Shown: in pieces, positions 27,929 through 37,080 of the stretch | How the letters are laid out: the number at the start of each line of letters is the position of its first letter | Numbering within the stretch: position 1 is the stretch's first letter | Assembly: GCA_913043225.1 (NCBI GenBank) | Contig: CAJWLU010000008.1 | Location: 32,001-96,000 of the forward strand | Source of the DNA: an uncultured Acidobacteriota bacterium | Lineage (GTDB): Bacteria; Acidobacteriota; Vicinamibacteria; Vicinamibacterales; UBA8438 | Direction of reading: 5' to 3' | Length of the DNA stretch: 64,000 bases | The notes under the pieces: model-generated | Database searches by the model: none | Told to the model about the DNA's origin: nothing | What the model saw: only the letters and a program-made list of their open reading frames with translations | Made by a program: the position numbers and the translations under genes

Positions 27929-30472
27929 ATGGCACGGCCGCTCGCAGACTTTCTTCCGTCCGGATCCGCTGACAGCGACGAGCTGCTGGGGCGCTTTCTC
28001 GAGTATGTCGATGCGCTCGGGCTGTCCCTGTACCCAGCACAGGAAGAAGCGATTCTGACACTATTCGCCGACCGGCATCTCATCCTCAGTACGCCGACCG
28101 GGTCGGGTAAGTCGCTGGTGGCCTTCGCGATGCACTTTGCGTCGCTGGCCCGAGGGCGACGTTCTATCTATACCTGTCCTGTCAAGGCACTGGTCAACGA
28201 GAAGTGGATCAACCTCTGCCGCGAGCTAGGTCCCGAGCGCGTCGGGCTCGTGACCGGCGACGCGACGGTGAATCGCGACGCCCCGGTGCTGTGCTGTACG
28301 GCCGAGATCCTGGCCAATCTGGCACTCCGGGAAGGTTCGCTGGCCGCGGTCGATGACGTTGTGATGGATGAGTTTCACTGGTACGGCGACCGGGAGCGGG
28401 GTATGGCCTGGCAGGTTCCGCTCCTGACGCTCTCCGATACCCGCTTTCTGCTGATGTCGGCCACGCTCGGCGATGTGAGCTTCTTCGAGCGGGATCTCCG
28501 GGAGCGAACTGGGCGCCAAACGGCGACTGTGACCTCGGTGCACCGCCCCGTGCCTCTCCACTATCGCTATTCTGAGGCGCCGCTTACCGAGGCGGTTGAG
28601 TCCCAGGTCGAAGCGGGGCGGGCGCCGGTCTATGTCGTGCACTTTACCCAGAAGGAGGCGGCCGAGAGCGCGCAGGCGTTCACCAGTCTCAGGGTGACTT
28701 CGAAGAAAGAGAAGCGGGCCATCGTCAAGGCCATCGGCAAGGTGCGGTTTAGCAGCCCTTACGGTCCCCGCGTGCGTACCTGGCTCCAGCACGGCATCGG
28801 CATCCACCATGCGGGGCTGCTGCCGAAGTATCGGGTGCTGGTTGAGCGTCTCGCTCAGCAGGGATTACTCAAGGTTATCTGCGGTACGGACACGCTCGGG
28901 GTGGGTGTTAACGTGCCGATCAAGACGGTGCTGTTCAGCCGGTTGTGCAAGTACGACGGTGAGAAGACGGCGGTGCTGTCGGCGCGTGACTTTCACCAGA
29001 TCTCCGGGCGGGCGGGACGGAAGGGTTTCGACGAGCAGGGCTTCGTGGTGGCGCAGGCCCCCGAGCACGTCATCGAGAACCGTCGCTTGGCGGAGAAAGC
29101 GAAGACCGGCCGTCGCGTTGTCATGCGTCGGCCACCGAAAGGCAACTTTGCACCTTGGGATGGACAAACCTTCGAGCGGTTGACCAAGGCTCCACCCGAA
29201 CGGCTCGTCTCACGGTTTCGGGTCTCGCACGGGATGCTATTGAACGTGCTAGCTCGATCCGGGGACGGATGTGGGGCGATGCGGCAGCTCATCAGGGACA
29301 GTCACGAGAGCTCGGCCGCGCGGGGCGCTCATCGCCGGCGTGGCTGGCAGCTCTTCAGATCGCTGGTCGAGCGCGGAGTGATCGCGCTGGATGAGGGCAA
29401 CGCCCCTGGTCGACACGTCCGCGTCAACGTCGAGCTGCAGGATGACTTCTCGATGGACCAGGCGCTGTCGCTGTATTTGCTCGAGGCGGTGCCTCAGCTC
29501 GATGAAGCGGCAGACACCCATCCGCTCGATCTCCTGACACTGGTCGAGAGCATCCTTGAAGACCCCGCGGCGATTCTCCGTCGACAGCTCGCCCGGTTGA
29601 AGGCACAGGCCGTCGCAGAGATGAAGGCGGCTGGTCTGCACTATCACCAGCGGATGGAAGAGCTGGAGAAGCTCGAGTATCCCAAGCCGCTTCGCGAGTT
29701 CGTCTACGCTACCTTCAATGCGTTCGCGGCTCGACATCCGTGGGTCGGGGAGGAGAACATCCGACCCAAATCGATTGCCCGCGAAATGTTCGAGACGTTT
29801 CGCTCGTTCGATGACTACGTTCGGGAGTACGACCTTCATCGGGTGGAAGGGCTCCTGCTCCGTCATCTAGGGAGCGTCTACAAGGTGCTCCGGCAGACGG
29901 TCCCGGACGGTGCAAAGAGCGAAGCCGTTGTAGAGATGGAGCTCTATTTGCGGGACCTCGTGCGTCGGGTGGACTCCATGTTGCTCGAGGAATGGGAGCG
30001 GATGCAGGAGAGGGCTCCCTCGGATGGTGTCGCGCCCGCCCCGCCGGCTGGATCTGCTCGCCGGGTCGCAGATCTGACTCAGGACCGGACCGTCTTCCTT
30101 GCCCAGATCAGGACACAGATGTTTGGTCTGCTCCGGGCCTGGGCGATTGGTGACGATGCGGCCGCCATTGGGCGCCTGGAGGCCGTGTTCGATGGGGAGG
30201 GACAGCCCTGGACGGCCGAGCGGTTCGCTTATGCTCGTGAGCGCTTCGGCGCGGCGCGAGGGCGGCTACGACTCGATCCTGAGGGACGCAACCGGCGCCA
30301 TACCTATGTCGATGCCGATTCGGTCCCAGGCTGCTGGCGAGTCGAGCAGATGCTGATCGATACCGAGGAATTTAACGATTGGATGGCCACGTTTCACGTT
30401 GATCTCGAAGCGTCGCGGATTGCTGGCGAGCCGGCCTTGCGGCTGGTCCGGATCGGCCCCTTGGTCCCCTAG
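27929..30472 (+). CDS. Ski2-like DEAD/DEAH-box helicase with DUF3516 domain
   Basis: [51 protein letters not shown]-terminal PKSIAREM. Confidence 0.9.
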   Translation: MARPLADFLPSGSADSDELLGRFLEYVDALGLSLYPAQEEAILTLFADRHLILSTPTGSGKSLVAFAMHFASLARGRRSIYTCPVKALVNEKWINLCRELGPERVGLVTGDATVNRDAPVLCCTAEILANLALREGSLAAVDDVVMDEFHWYGDRERGMAWQVPLLTLSDTRFLLMSATLGDVSFFERDLRERTGRQTATVTSVHRPVPLHYRYSEAPLTEAVESQVEAGRAPVYVVHFTQKEAAESAQAFTSLRVTSKKEKRAIVKAIGKVRFSSPYGPRVRTWLQHGIGIHHAGLLPKYRVLVERLAQQGLLKVICGTDTLGVGVNVPIKTVLFSRLCKYDGEKTAVLSARDFHQISGRAGRKGFDEQGFVVAQAPEHVIENRRLAEKAKTGRRVVMRRPPKGNFAPWDGQTFERLTKAPPERLVSRFRVSHGMLLNVLARSGDGCGAMRQLIRDSHESSAARGAHRRRGWQLFRSLVERGVIALDEGNAPGRHVRVNVELQDDFSMDQALSLYLLEAVPQLDEAADTHPLDLLTLVESILEDPAAILRRQLARLKAQAVAEMKAAGLHYHQRMEELEKLEYPKPLREFVYATFNAFAARHPWVGEENIRPKSIAREMFETFRSFDDYVREYDLHRVEGLLLRHLGSVYKVLRQTVPDGAKSEAVVEMELYLRDLVRRVDSMLLEEWERMQERAPSDGVAPAPPAGSARRVADLTQDRTVFLAQIRTQMFGLLRAWAIGDDAAAIGRLEAVFDGEGQPWTAERFAYARERFGAARGRLRLDPEGRNRRHTYVDADSVPGCWRVEQMLIDTEEFNDWMATFHVDLEASRIAGEPALRLVRIGPLVP

Positions 30473-30516
30473 GCTGTAGAATGCCGCACGACGTTTGAAT
30501 CTCTCGGAGGCTCCCG

Positions 30517-32208
30517 ATGTTTGCACGTACCGTCTTCGCCCTTGTTCTCCTTGTTCTCGTTGCTTCTCCCGTATTGGCCCAGGCGCCCGCGTTGTCGCCG
30601 GTTACTGATGCGGTGCTCCAGGACCCGGAGCCAGGCGACTGGCTGAACTGGCGGCGCACGCTGGATGGATGGGGCTACAGCCCGCTCGATCAGGTGGACC
30701 GCTCAAATGTTGGTGGTCTACGGATGGTCTGGTCTTGGGGCCTCGACCCCGGTATTTCGCAGACGACGCCGCTCGTCCATGACGGCGTCATGTTCATCGC
30801 TAACCCCGGCAACATGGTGCAGGCGCTTGACGCGCAGACGGGCGACTTTCTCTGGGAGTACCGTCGAGAGATCGAGCCCGCGCGTCGGGCTGGAACTCAG
30901 ATGCGCAGTCTGGCGATGTACCAGGACATGGTCATCCTGAACACCTTCGACGCGCACGTGGTAGCGCTGGATGCCCGCACTGGCGAGGTGCGCTGGGATA
31001 CTCCGATCATGGACGAGCCCGGCTACGGGTTCACCAGCGGACCGATCATTGCAGACGGCATCATCGTGGCTGGGCTGATGGGCTGCGACATGTATCGGGA
31101 AGATACCTGCTACATCGTTGGCATCGATGCGGCAACTGGGCAAGAGGCCTGGCGGACGTCGACGGTGGCCCAGCCCGGTGAACGTGGTGGAGATTCGTGG
31201 GGCGATCTGCCGCTGCTGTTCCGTGCAGGTGGCGACGCCTGGATTCCTGGTAGCTACGATCCTGGCACCGGCCTGATCTACTACGGCACTTCGCAGGCCA
31301 AGCCGTGGACGCGCGACGCGCGGCGTACCGATGGCGATGCGCTCTACAGCAACTCGACGCTCGCGCTCGATCCGACCACCGGCGAGATGCAGTGGTACTT
31401 TCAGCACATTCCTGGCGACAGCCACGACATGGACGAGACATTCGAGCGGATTCTGGTGGACTACGACGGTAAGCAGTCGGTGTTCAGCATGGGGAAGCTC
31501 GCTATTCTCTGGGAGCTTGACCGGGCGACGGGCGAGTTCCGGAAAGCCGTCGATCTGGGCTACCAGAACATCCTCGATGTCGACGAATCTGGCGTGGTTA
31601 CCCACCGCGAAGACATGATTTCGGATGTCGGCGAGCTGCTCTATTTCTGTCCGAGCACCGGCGGCTTCAAGAGCCTGCGGGCGATGGCCTATCATCCCGA
31701 CACGGCCGCGATGTACATCCCGTTGCATCTGAACTGCGAAACCGCCGCCTTCGGGCCGGTCGAATACCGTGACGGGGGCGGGGGCACCGGCTGGGTCCGC
31801 GATCGGCAGAACCACTTCCATCCCGATTCTCCCGACCAGCTTGGCGAGTTCCAGGCGCTGGACATCAGGACCGGCGAGACGCTCTGGAAGCATCGCCGTC
31901 GGTCGCCGTACAACACGGCGGCGCTCACCACCGGCGGCGGATTGGTGTTCGTCGGCGACTGGGAGCGTTACGTTTTCGCCTACGACGTCGAGAGCGGAGA
32001 GGAGTTGTGGCAGACTCGGCTGTCGACGATGGCCAACGGCTACCCGATTACCTACTCGGTCGACGGTACCCAGTACATCGCGTTTGGCGCCGGCAATTCT
32101 GGAGCGTCGGGTAGCTGGACCGGTGTTATCCCGGCCGATCTGCTGTCCGATGTGAAGAACCCCAGCCTGGGGGGCAACGCAATCTTCGTGTTCGCACTGC
32201 CTGACTAG
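30517..32208 (+). CDS. Secreted PQQ-binding dehydrogenase-like protein
   Basis: DWLNWRR..GWGYSPL, TPLVHDG, ALDARTG, HDMD, TTGGGLVF, PITYSVDGTQYI. Confidence 0.9.
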   Translation: MFARTVFALVLLVLVASPVLAQAPALSPVTDAVLQDPEPGDWLNWRRTLDGWGYSPLDQVDRSNVGGLRMVWSWGLDPGISQTTPLVHDGVMFIANPGNMVQALDAQTGDFLWEYRREIEPARRAGTQMRSLAMYQDMVILNTFDAHVVALDARTGEVRWDTPIMDEPGYGFTSGPIIADGIIVAGLMGCDMYREDTCYIVGIDAATGQEAWRTSTVAQPGERGGDSWGDLPLLFRAGGDAWIPGSYDPGTGLIYYGTSQAKPWTRDARRTDGDALYSNSTLALDPTTGEMQWYFQHIPGDSHDMDETFERILVDYDGKQSVFSMGKLAILWELDRATGEFRKAVDLGYQNILDVDESGVVTHREDMISDVGELLYFCPSTGGFKSLRAMAYHPDTAAMYIPLHLNCETAAFGPVEYRDGGGGTGWVRDRQNHFHPDSPDQLGEFQALDIRTGETLWKHRRRSPYNTAALTTGGGLVFVGDWERYVFAYDVESGEELWQTRLSTMANGYPITYSVDGTQYIAFGAGNSGASGSWTGVIPADLLSDVKNPSLGGNAIFVFALPD

Positions 32209-34835
32209 TGACGGAGCAGGTCGCCGTCCTCGGCTGGTCCGCGTGTGTCGACGCTGGCACCGCGGTGGTTGGGGGCAAAGGCTGGAACCTCGGTCGCCTG
32301 TCCAGGTATGGCTTCCAGGTGCCGGCTGGCGGGGTGCTGCCGGCCGCCGCCTGTGAAGCGCTGCTGGGGACGCCTGCCCTGGCCGCCGAGGTTGCGGCGT
32401 TGGCCGGCGTCACTGCTGGCGAGGCAGGTGACGAGTCAGTCGTCGCTCACCTCGGTCGACTGCGCGACCTTATTCTGGGCGCCGCCCTCTCCGAGGCGAC
32501 TCACCAGGCGCTCGGAGACTTCCTCCACCAGACCGGTCTCCACGACACGCCGGTGGCGGTGCGTTCGAGCGCGGTGGCCGAGGACGGCGCCGGTACCGCC
32601 TTCGCCGGTATCCACGACAGTGTGCTCGGCGTCGTCGGCGTCGACGCCGTCGTTAAGGCGGTACTGCGGTGCTATGCCTCCCTCTGGACGCCTCAGGCGC
32701 TCGCCTACCGGCGCCGGTTCGGGGTGGCGGACCACGACACGCCGTGTGCCGTGGTCATCTGCGAGATGGTCGGCGATCCCGACCGCGGGCCGGTCTGCGC
32801 CGGCGTCGCCTTCTCCTGCGATCCAGTGACCGGCGAGCGTTCGCTGGTGGCCATCAATTTGGCCGCCGGGTTGGGGGACGCCGTGGTCAGTGGCGAGGTC
32901 AACCCGCAGCAGTATGTGGTCCGTCGGAAGGATATGGCGCTGCGGTTCGAGCGCACCGACACGCTCGGCGAGCCGGCGCTCCTCAATGATGGCCAGGTCG
33001 AGGCCCTGGCGCGGCTGGTGTTTCGCGTGCACTGGGCGCTGGGCGACGGCGACGTGCCGCAGGACGTCGAGTGGGCCTGGGACGGGGACCGGTTCTGGCT
33101 GCTGCAGGCCCGGCCGATCACGCGTCTGCCCCGGTGGACCTTTCCAGGCGTCCTGACCACGACCGTGACCTGGTCGAATGCCAACGTGCGTGACTCGTTT
33201 CCGCACGCGCTTACCACCATGACCTGGTCGTTCGCCGACGCCACGGCCCAGGCCATCGTGTATGCCTCGACCGAGGTTTCCGGCTATCCGCTCCCGGCTG
33301 GTATGGAGGTGATGCGCCGCTTCGGCGGCCGCCCCTACTTCGACCTTGACGCCCTGCAGTGGTGCCTGTGGGACGGCTTCGGCATCACGCCGGCCGAGAC
33401 TAACCGGTTCATGGGCGGGTTCCAGACCGAGATCCCGATCCCGTCCGGAAGCCCGTTTGCCGGACGCGATGGGCGCGCGCGCGGTTTGCGCCGGCTGCAT
33501 CTGCTCCGGTATCTCTGGAGCTTCGATCGCCGCACGCCGCCGCGCATCCAGGCCATGATCCATGCGGCGAGGGAGGCGCGCGCGACCGAGCTGTCTACCT
33601 TAAGCCCCGTCGCGCTCGCCGAGCACGTCCGACGCGTGGAGCAGCTCGGCATCGACTACCAGCCGGTGCTCCAGCTTGCCGCCGCCTACTACGGCGGCTG
33701 GATCGTGGGCATGCAGGAGCTGCTTCGACGGGTCAAGGGCGGCGGCAGCGAGACGCTCATCGGCCGTCTGTTGGCGGCTTCGGGCGACGTGGCTAGCGCC
33801 GAGCAGGGGCACCGGCTTCAGGAACTGGCCCGGGTGGCGGGCGTCGACCCCGCAGCGCCGGCCGCGCTAGCTTCGGACGACCCGTTCGCCTGGCGAGCGT
33901 TGCCCGCGTCCTCCGGGTTTCGGGGCGCGATGGAGCGCTATCTCCATGACTTCGGTCACCGGGCGGTGTTCGAGATGGAATTCAGCAGCCCCCGCTGGTT
34001 CGAGAACCCGACCTACCTCCTAGACCAGGTGCGCTTCCACCTTGACCACCCGGATCTACGGGATCAGCGTGACCATGCCGCCGAGGTACGCGCGCGCGCC
34101 GAGGAGAGCCTGGCCGAGGTGCCGTTCTACGCGCGGCCTCTGCTTCGGTGGCTGCTGCGGCGGGCTCGCACCGGCGCCGGGCTACGGGAGAACGCGAAGT
34201 CTGGCGCCGCCGCGGCCGTAGCCCTGATCCGCCAGGTGTGTCTGGAGGTCGGTCGCCGTCTCGCCGCGGCGGGTCAGCTCGAGTCGGCCGACGACGTGTT
34301 CCACCTCGCCACCGTCGATGTGGAGGCGTTCCTCGACGAGACCTGGGACGGCCGGGGCGCCGCCGCCCTGGTCGAGGACCGCAAACGGCGGCTCGCTCGT
34401 GAGCAGACGATAAGCCTGCCTGGCGTGATCACCGACGCCGAGGTTGCCGGCCGACCGGTTCAGCCCGAGGCGGGCTCGTCGGCGCACCCGGTCGAGGCGA
34501 GTTGGAACGGGCTTGCGGCTGCCCCTGGCACCGCGACAGGCGTGGCCCGGGTCATCGACACGCCCCACGACGGCCAGCGGCTCAAGCGCGGTGACGTCCT
34601 GGTGGCGCCCTCCACCGATCCCGGCTGGACCCCCCTGTTCTTGCGCGCGTCGGCCGTGGTGATGGAGACGGGAGGTTACCTCTCACACGGCGCCGTGGTG
34701 GCCCGCGAGTTCGGGCTCCCGGCCGTCGTCAACGTCGAGGACGCGATGCTGAACATTAAGGACGACGACGCCGTCCGCGTGGACGGAGATGCCGGGGTCG
34801 TCAGCAGAATCCAGAGCCCTCAATCTGACAGTTGA
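32208..34835 (+). CDS. PEP-utilising/pyruvate dikinase-related phosphotransferase with rifampin-phosphotransferase-like architecture
   Basis: N-terminal ATP-grasp (GGKG.NL, VAVRSSA..ED, QDVEWA, LQARPIT), large central domain, C-terminal swivel domain TDPGWTP...LSHGAVVAREFG. Confidence 0.85.
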   Translation: MTEQVAVLGWSACVDAGTAVVGGKGWNLGRLSRYGFQVPAGGVLPAAACEALLGTPALAAEVAALAGVTAGEAGDESVVAHLGRLRDLILGAALSEATHQALGDFLHQTGLHDTPVAVRSSAVAEDGAGTAFAGIHDSVLGVVGVDAVVKAVLRCYASLWTPQALAYRRRFGVADHDTPCAVVICEMVGDPDRGPVCAGVAFSCDPVTGERSLVAINLAAGLGDAVVSGEVNPQQYVVRRKDMALRFERTDTLGEPALLNDGQVEALARLVFRVHWALGDGDVPQDVEWAWDGDRFWLLQARPITRLPRWTFPGVLTTTVTWSNANVRDSFPHALTTMTWSFADATAQAIVYASTEVSGYPLPAGMEVMRRFGGRPYFDLDALQWCLWDGFGITPAETNRFMGGFQTEIPIPSGSPFAGRDGRARGLRRLHLLRYLWSFDRRTPPRIQAMIHAAREARATELSTLSPVALAEHVRRVEQLGIDYQPVLQLAAAYYGGWIVGMQELLRRVKGGGSETLIGRLLAASGDVASAEQGHRLQELARVAGVDPAAPAALASDDPFAWRALPASSGFRGAMERYLHDFGHRAVFEMEFSSPRWFENPTYLLDQVRFHLDHPDLRDQRDHAAEVRARAEESLAEVPFYARPLLRWLLRRARTGAGLRENAKSGAAAAVALIRQVCLEVGRRLAAAGQLESADDVFHLATVDVEAFLDETWDGRGAAALVEDRKRRLAREQTISLPGVITDAEVAGRPVQPEAGSSAHPVEASWNGLAAAPGTATGVARVIDTPHDGQRLKRGDVLVAPSTDPGWTPLFLRASAVVMETGGYLSHGAVVAREFGLPAVVNVEDAMLNIKDDDAVRVDGDAGVVSRIQSPQSDS

Positions 34836-36073
34836 CGCTGGACCACGGCCTCGTCGAGCTCCACGCCCAGACCTGGGCCGCTCGGCGGGGTGATGTAGCC
34901 GTCCTCGATCACGATCGGCGTGGTGAAGACATCCCGGTGCAGGTCGTTGGTGTTGAACTCTTGCACGAGGAAGTTCGGCGAGCACGTGTCCAGCTGCACC
35001 GCCGCAGCCGCCGCGATCGGTCCGCAGTACATGTGGGGAGCGATGACTGCGTAGTAGGCCTCACACATGCTGGCGATCTTCTTCGACTCGGTGATGCCGC
35101 CGCACTGGCCGACGTCCAGCTGGATGATGTTGGCTGCTTGTCGGTTTAGCACCTCAGCGAACTCAAACTTTGTGACCAGGCGCTCCCCGGTCGCGATCGG
35201 GATACTGGTCATCTGCGCGACGCGTGCCATCTCATCGACGTTCTCCGGATACACCGGTTCTTCGAAGAAGTACGGGTTGAACTCCTCGAGGATGCTCGCG
35301 ATCCGGATGGCGCCCGATGTCGTGAACTGACCGTGGGCGCCGATCCCGATCTCAAGCTGGTCACCCACCGCGTCACGCATGGCGCGGAAGATGCGCCCCA
35401 CGTGGTTGATAGTTGAGAGCGGATAGTCCCTCGGTCCGCCGGTGATCGGCTGGAACGGGTCCAGCTTGCACACGCCCATGCCCCGGTCGATGAGCTCCTG
35501 GGCCCGTTCGCCCGCGATCTCCGGGTTTTCCCAGACCCCGGCCATTTCGAGGTAGGCGTAGGCGCTGAGCCGCTCGTGGAACTGCCCACCGAGCAGGTTG
35601 TAGATCGGCTGCCCTGTGGCCTTGCCCATGATGTCCCAGCAGGCCATGTCGATGGCCGACATCGCCGGCGTTTTCGAGAGACCCGGGTGGCGGTAGTCGT
35701 GCGGGTTGGCGTAGATGTCGTGCCAGATCCGCTCGACGTCGAACGGGCTCTTGCCGATGACGCGACTCTCGATCAGCTCACCGAGCAGTGCCACCTGGGA
35801 GCCGAGCTCGGTCACGCCGCCGGAGACGCGCTCGCCCAGGCCCACGATGCCCGCGTCGGTTTCGAGCTCAAGAAACAGCCACTTGCGATGGCCGATCGGC
35901 GGGTCGATGTTGTCCAGTACCCGGGTCCGATAGCCGGTGATCTTGATGTTCCGCTCAGGTGAGTCTTGCAGCTCCTCGGCGACCGCCGGTCGGATCCCGG
36001 TACCTATTCCGGCGCCCAATCCAGCCGCGGCCAGTCCGGTGCTCTGCAGAAACCGACGTCGGTCGATACTCAT
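34820..36073 (-). CDS. Mandelate racemase/muconate lactonising (enolase superfamily) enzyme with Tat signal
   Basis: DRRRFLQ signal; IDMACWDI.GK, KLDP, FEEP, TGERL, PHMYCGP, PGLGVE. Confidence 0.9.
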   Translation of the reverse strand: MSIDRRRFLQSTGLAAAGLGAGIGTGIRPAVAEELQDSPERNIKITGYRTRVLDNIDPPIGHRKWLFLELETDAGIVGLGERVSGGVTELGSQVALLGELIESRVIGKSPFDVERIWHDIYANPHDYRHPGLSKTPAMSAIDMACWDIMGKATGQPIYNLLGGQFHERLSAYAYLEMAGVWENPEIAGERAQELIDRGMGVCKLDPFQPITGGPRDYPLSTINHVGRIFRAMRDAVGDQLEIGIGAHGQFTTSGAIRIASILEEFNPYFFEEPVYPENVDEMARVAQMTSIPIATGERLVTKFEFAEVLNRQAANIIQLDVGQCGGITESKKIASMCEAYYAVIAPHMYCGPIAAAAAVQLDTCSPNFLVQEFNTNDLHRDVFTTPIVIEDGYITPPSGPGLGVELDEAVVQRQLSD

Positions 36074-36099
36074 GGTGTTCTCCTGCGCGTTCGAGGTTG

Positions 36100-37035
36100 C
36101 TAGATCCCTTGAAAGATATAGTTGACGATTGGGTCAACCGTGAAATTCCCGCAACACTTGTTCGCCGTGAACTCCGCGTAGCGCGCCGGCTTCTCGTAGG
36201 TGGCGATTGCCTCCTCGGCGGTCAGACCGGCATCGATGCTGGCGCGGGTCTGATTATAGAGGTCCACGTAAAACCCACGATAGCTGACCAAATCGCTCCA
36301 TTCCATCGGGGTATCCCAGTGGCCATTAATGATGATGTCCACATCGGGGACGTTGTCGATCACCTTGGTGAGCGTGCGTCCGAACTCGATGGCACTCCCC
36401 CCGTTGCCATTTTGGCCATCGATAAATGGCAGCGTCCTGCCGAGGAACATGTCACCGACATGCATTGCACGAGCCTCCTTGAATACCACGAAGGTGTCGC
36501 CGTCGGTGTGGCCTCGGCCGAAGTAGTAGAGGTCGATTTGGTCCGGGGTGCCGGCGAAGAGGCTCATCCGGTCGCTGAACGTGGTCTGCGGAAGATACTT
36601 CCGGTTCTCGCCCTGGAAGTCGTCGCAATTGGTCGGAATCGGCGCACAGTCGGTGCGGGCCCAGTGTCGGCGAATGTTCTCGTGTGCGACGTAGTGCACC
36701 GTGTCGGGGAACTCCGTGTTAGCGCCGCTGTGGTCGAAGTGGACGTGCGTGTTGATGATCATGACCACCGGCTTGTCGGTGATCTCTTGCACGAGCTCAA
36801 GAATGGTCGGCCCGTAGCCCTCGTTCTTGGTGTCCACTAGCACCACGCCGCTCTCGGCCACGAGCATGGCGATGTTGCCTCCGGTCGACATGCCGGAGCC
36901 CAGCATGTGTAGGGTGTCGCTGAGCTGGTGTACCTCGATCGGCGGAATTTCTGGTTGTTCGGCCTCGAGCGCCGCGCTCCAGGCCACGAGCCCGAGGGCG
37001 AGGGTGGTCAGCGGTAACAGGTAAATGCGTCGCAT
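36100..37035 (-). CDS. Secreted MBL-fold metallo-hydrolase (cyclase-like)
   Basis: Signal peptide; INTHVHFDHSG, GHTDGD, HVGD, INGH. Confidence 0.9.
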   Translation of the reverse strand: MRRIYLLPLTTLALGLVAWSAALEAEQPEIPPIEVHQLSDTLHMLGSGMSTGGNIAMLVAESGVVLVDTKNEGYGPTILELVQEITDKPVVMIINTHVHFDHSGANTEFPDTVHYVAHENIRRHWARTDCAPIPTNCDDFQGENRKYLPQTTFSDRMSLFAGTPDQIDLYYFGRGHTDGDTFVVFKEARAMHVGDMFLGRTLPFIDGQNGNGGSAIEFGRTLTKVIDNVPDVDIIINGHWDTPMEWSDLVSYRGFYVDLYNQTRASIDAGLTAEEAIATYEKPARYAEFTANKCCGNFTVDPIVNYIFQGI

Positions 37036-37080
37036 CTGTTTTACTCCCGAGCTTCTGTGGGGCGCGGTTGCAGCCCCACC

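Noticed and set aside
27929..30472. Helicase and Sir2 (11917-12678) as anti-phage defence components
   Set aside because: They look like a standalone DUF3516 helicase and a canonical CobB deacylase, far apart and without defence partners.
32208..34835. Rifampin resistance gene rph or PEP synthase ppsA
   Set aside because: No C-terminal PEP-binding barrel, so not ppsA; rifamycin-binding residues cannot be verified and no RAE element was seen upstream.
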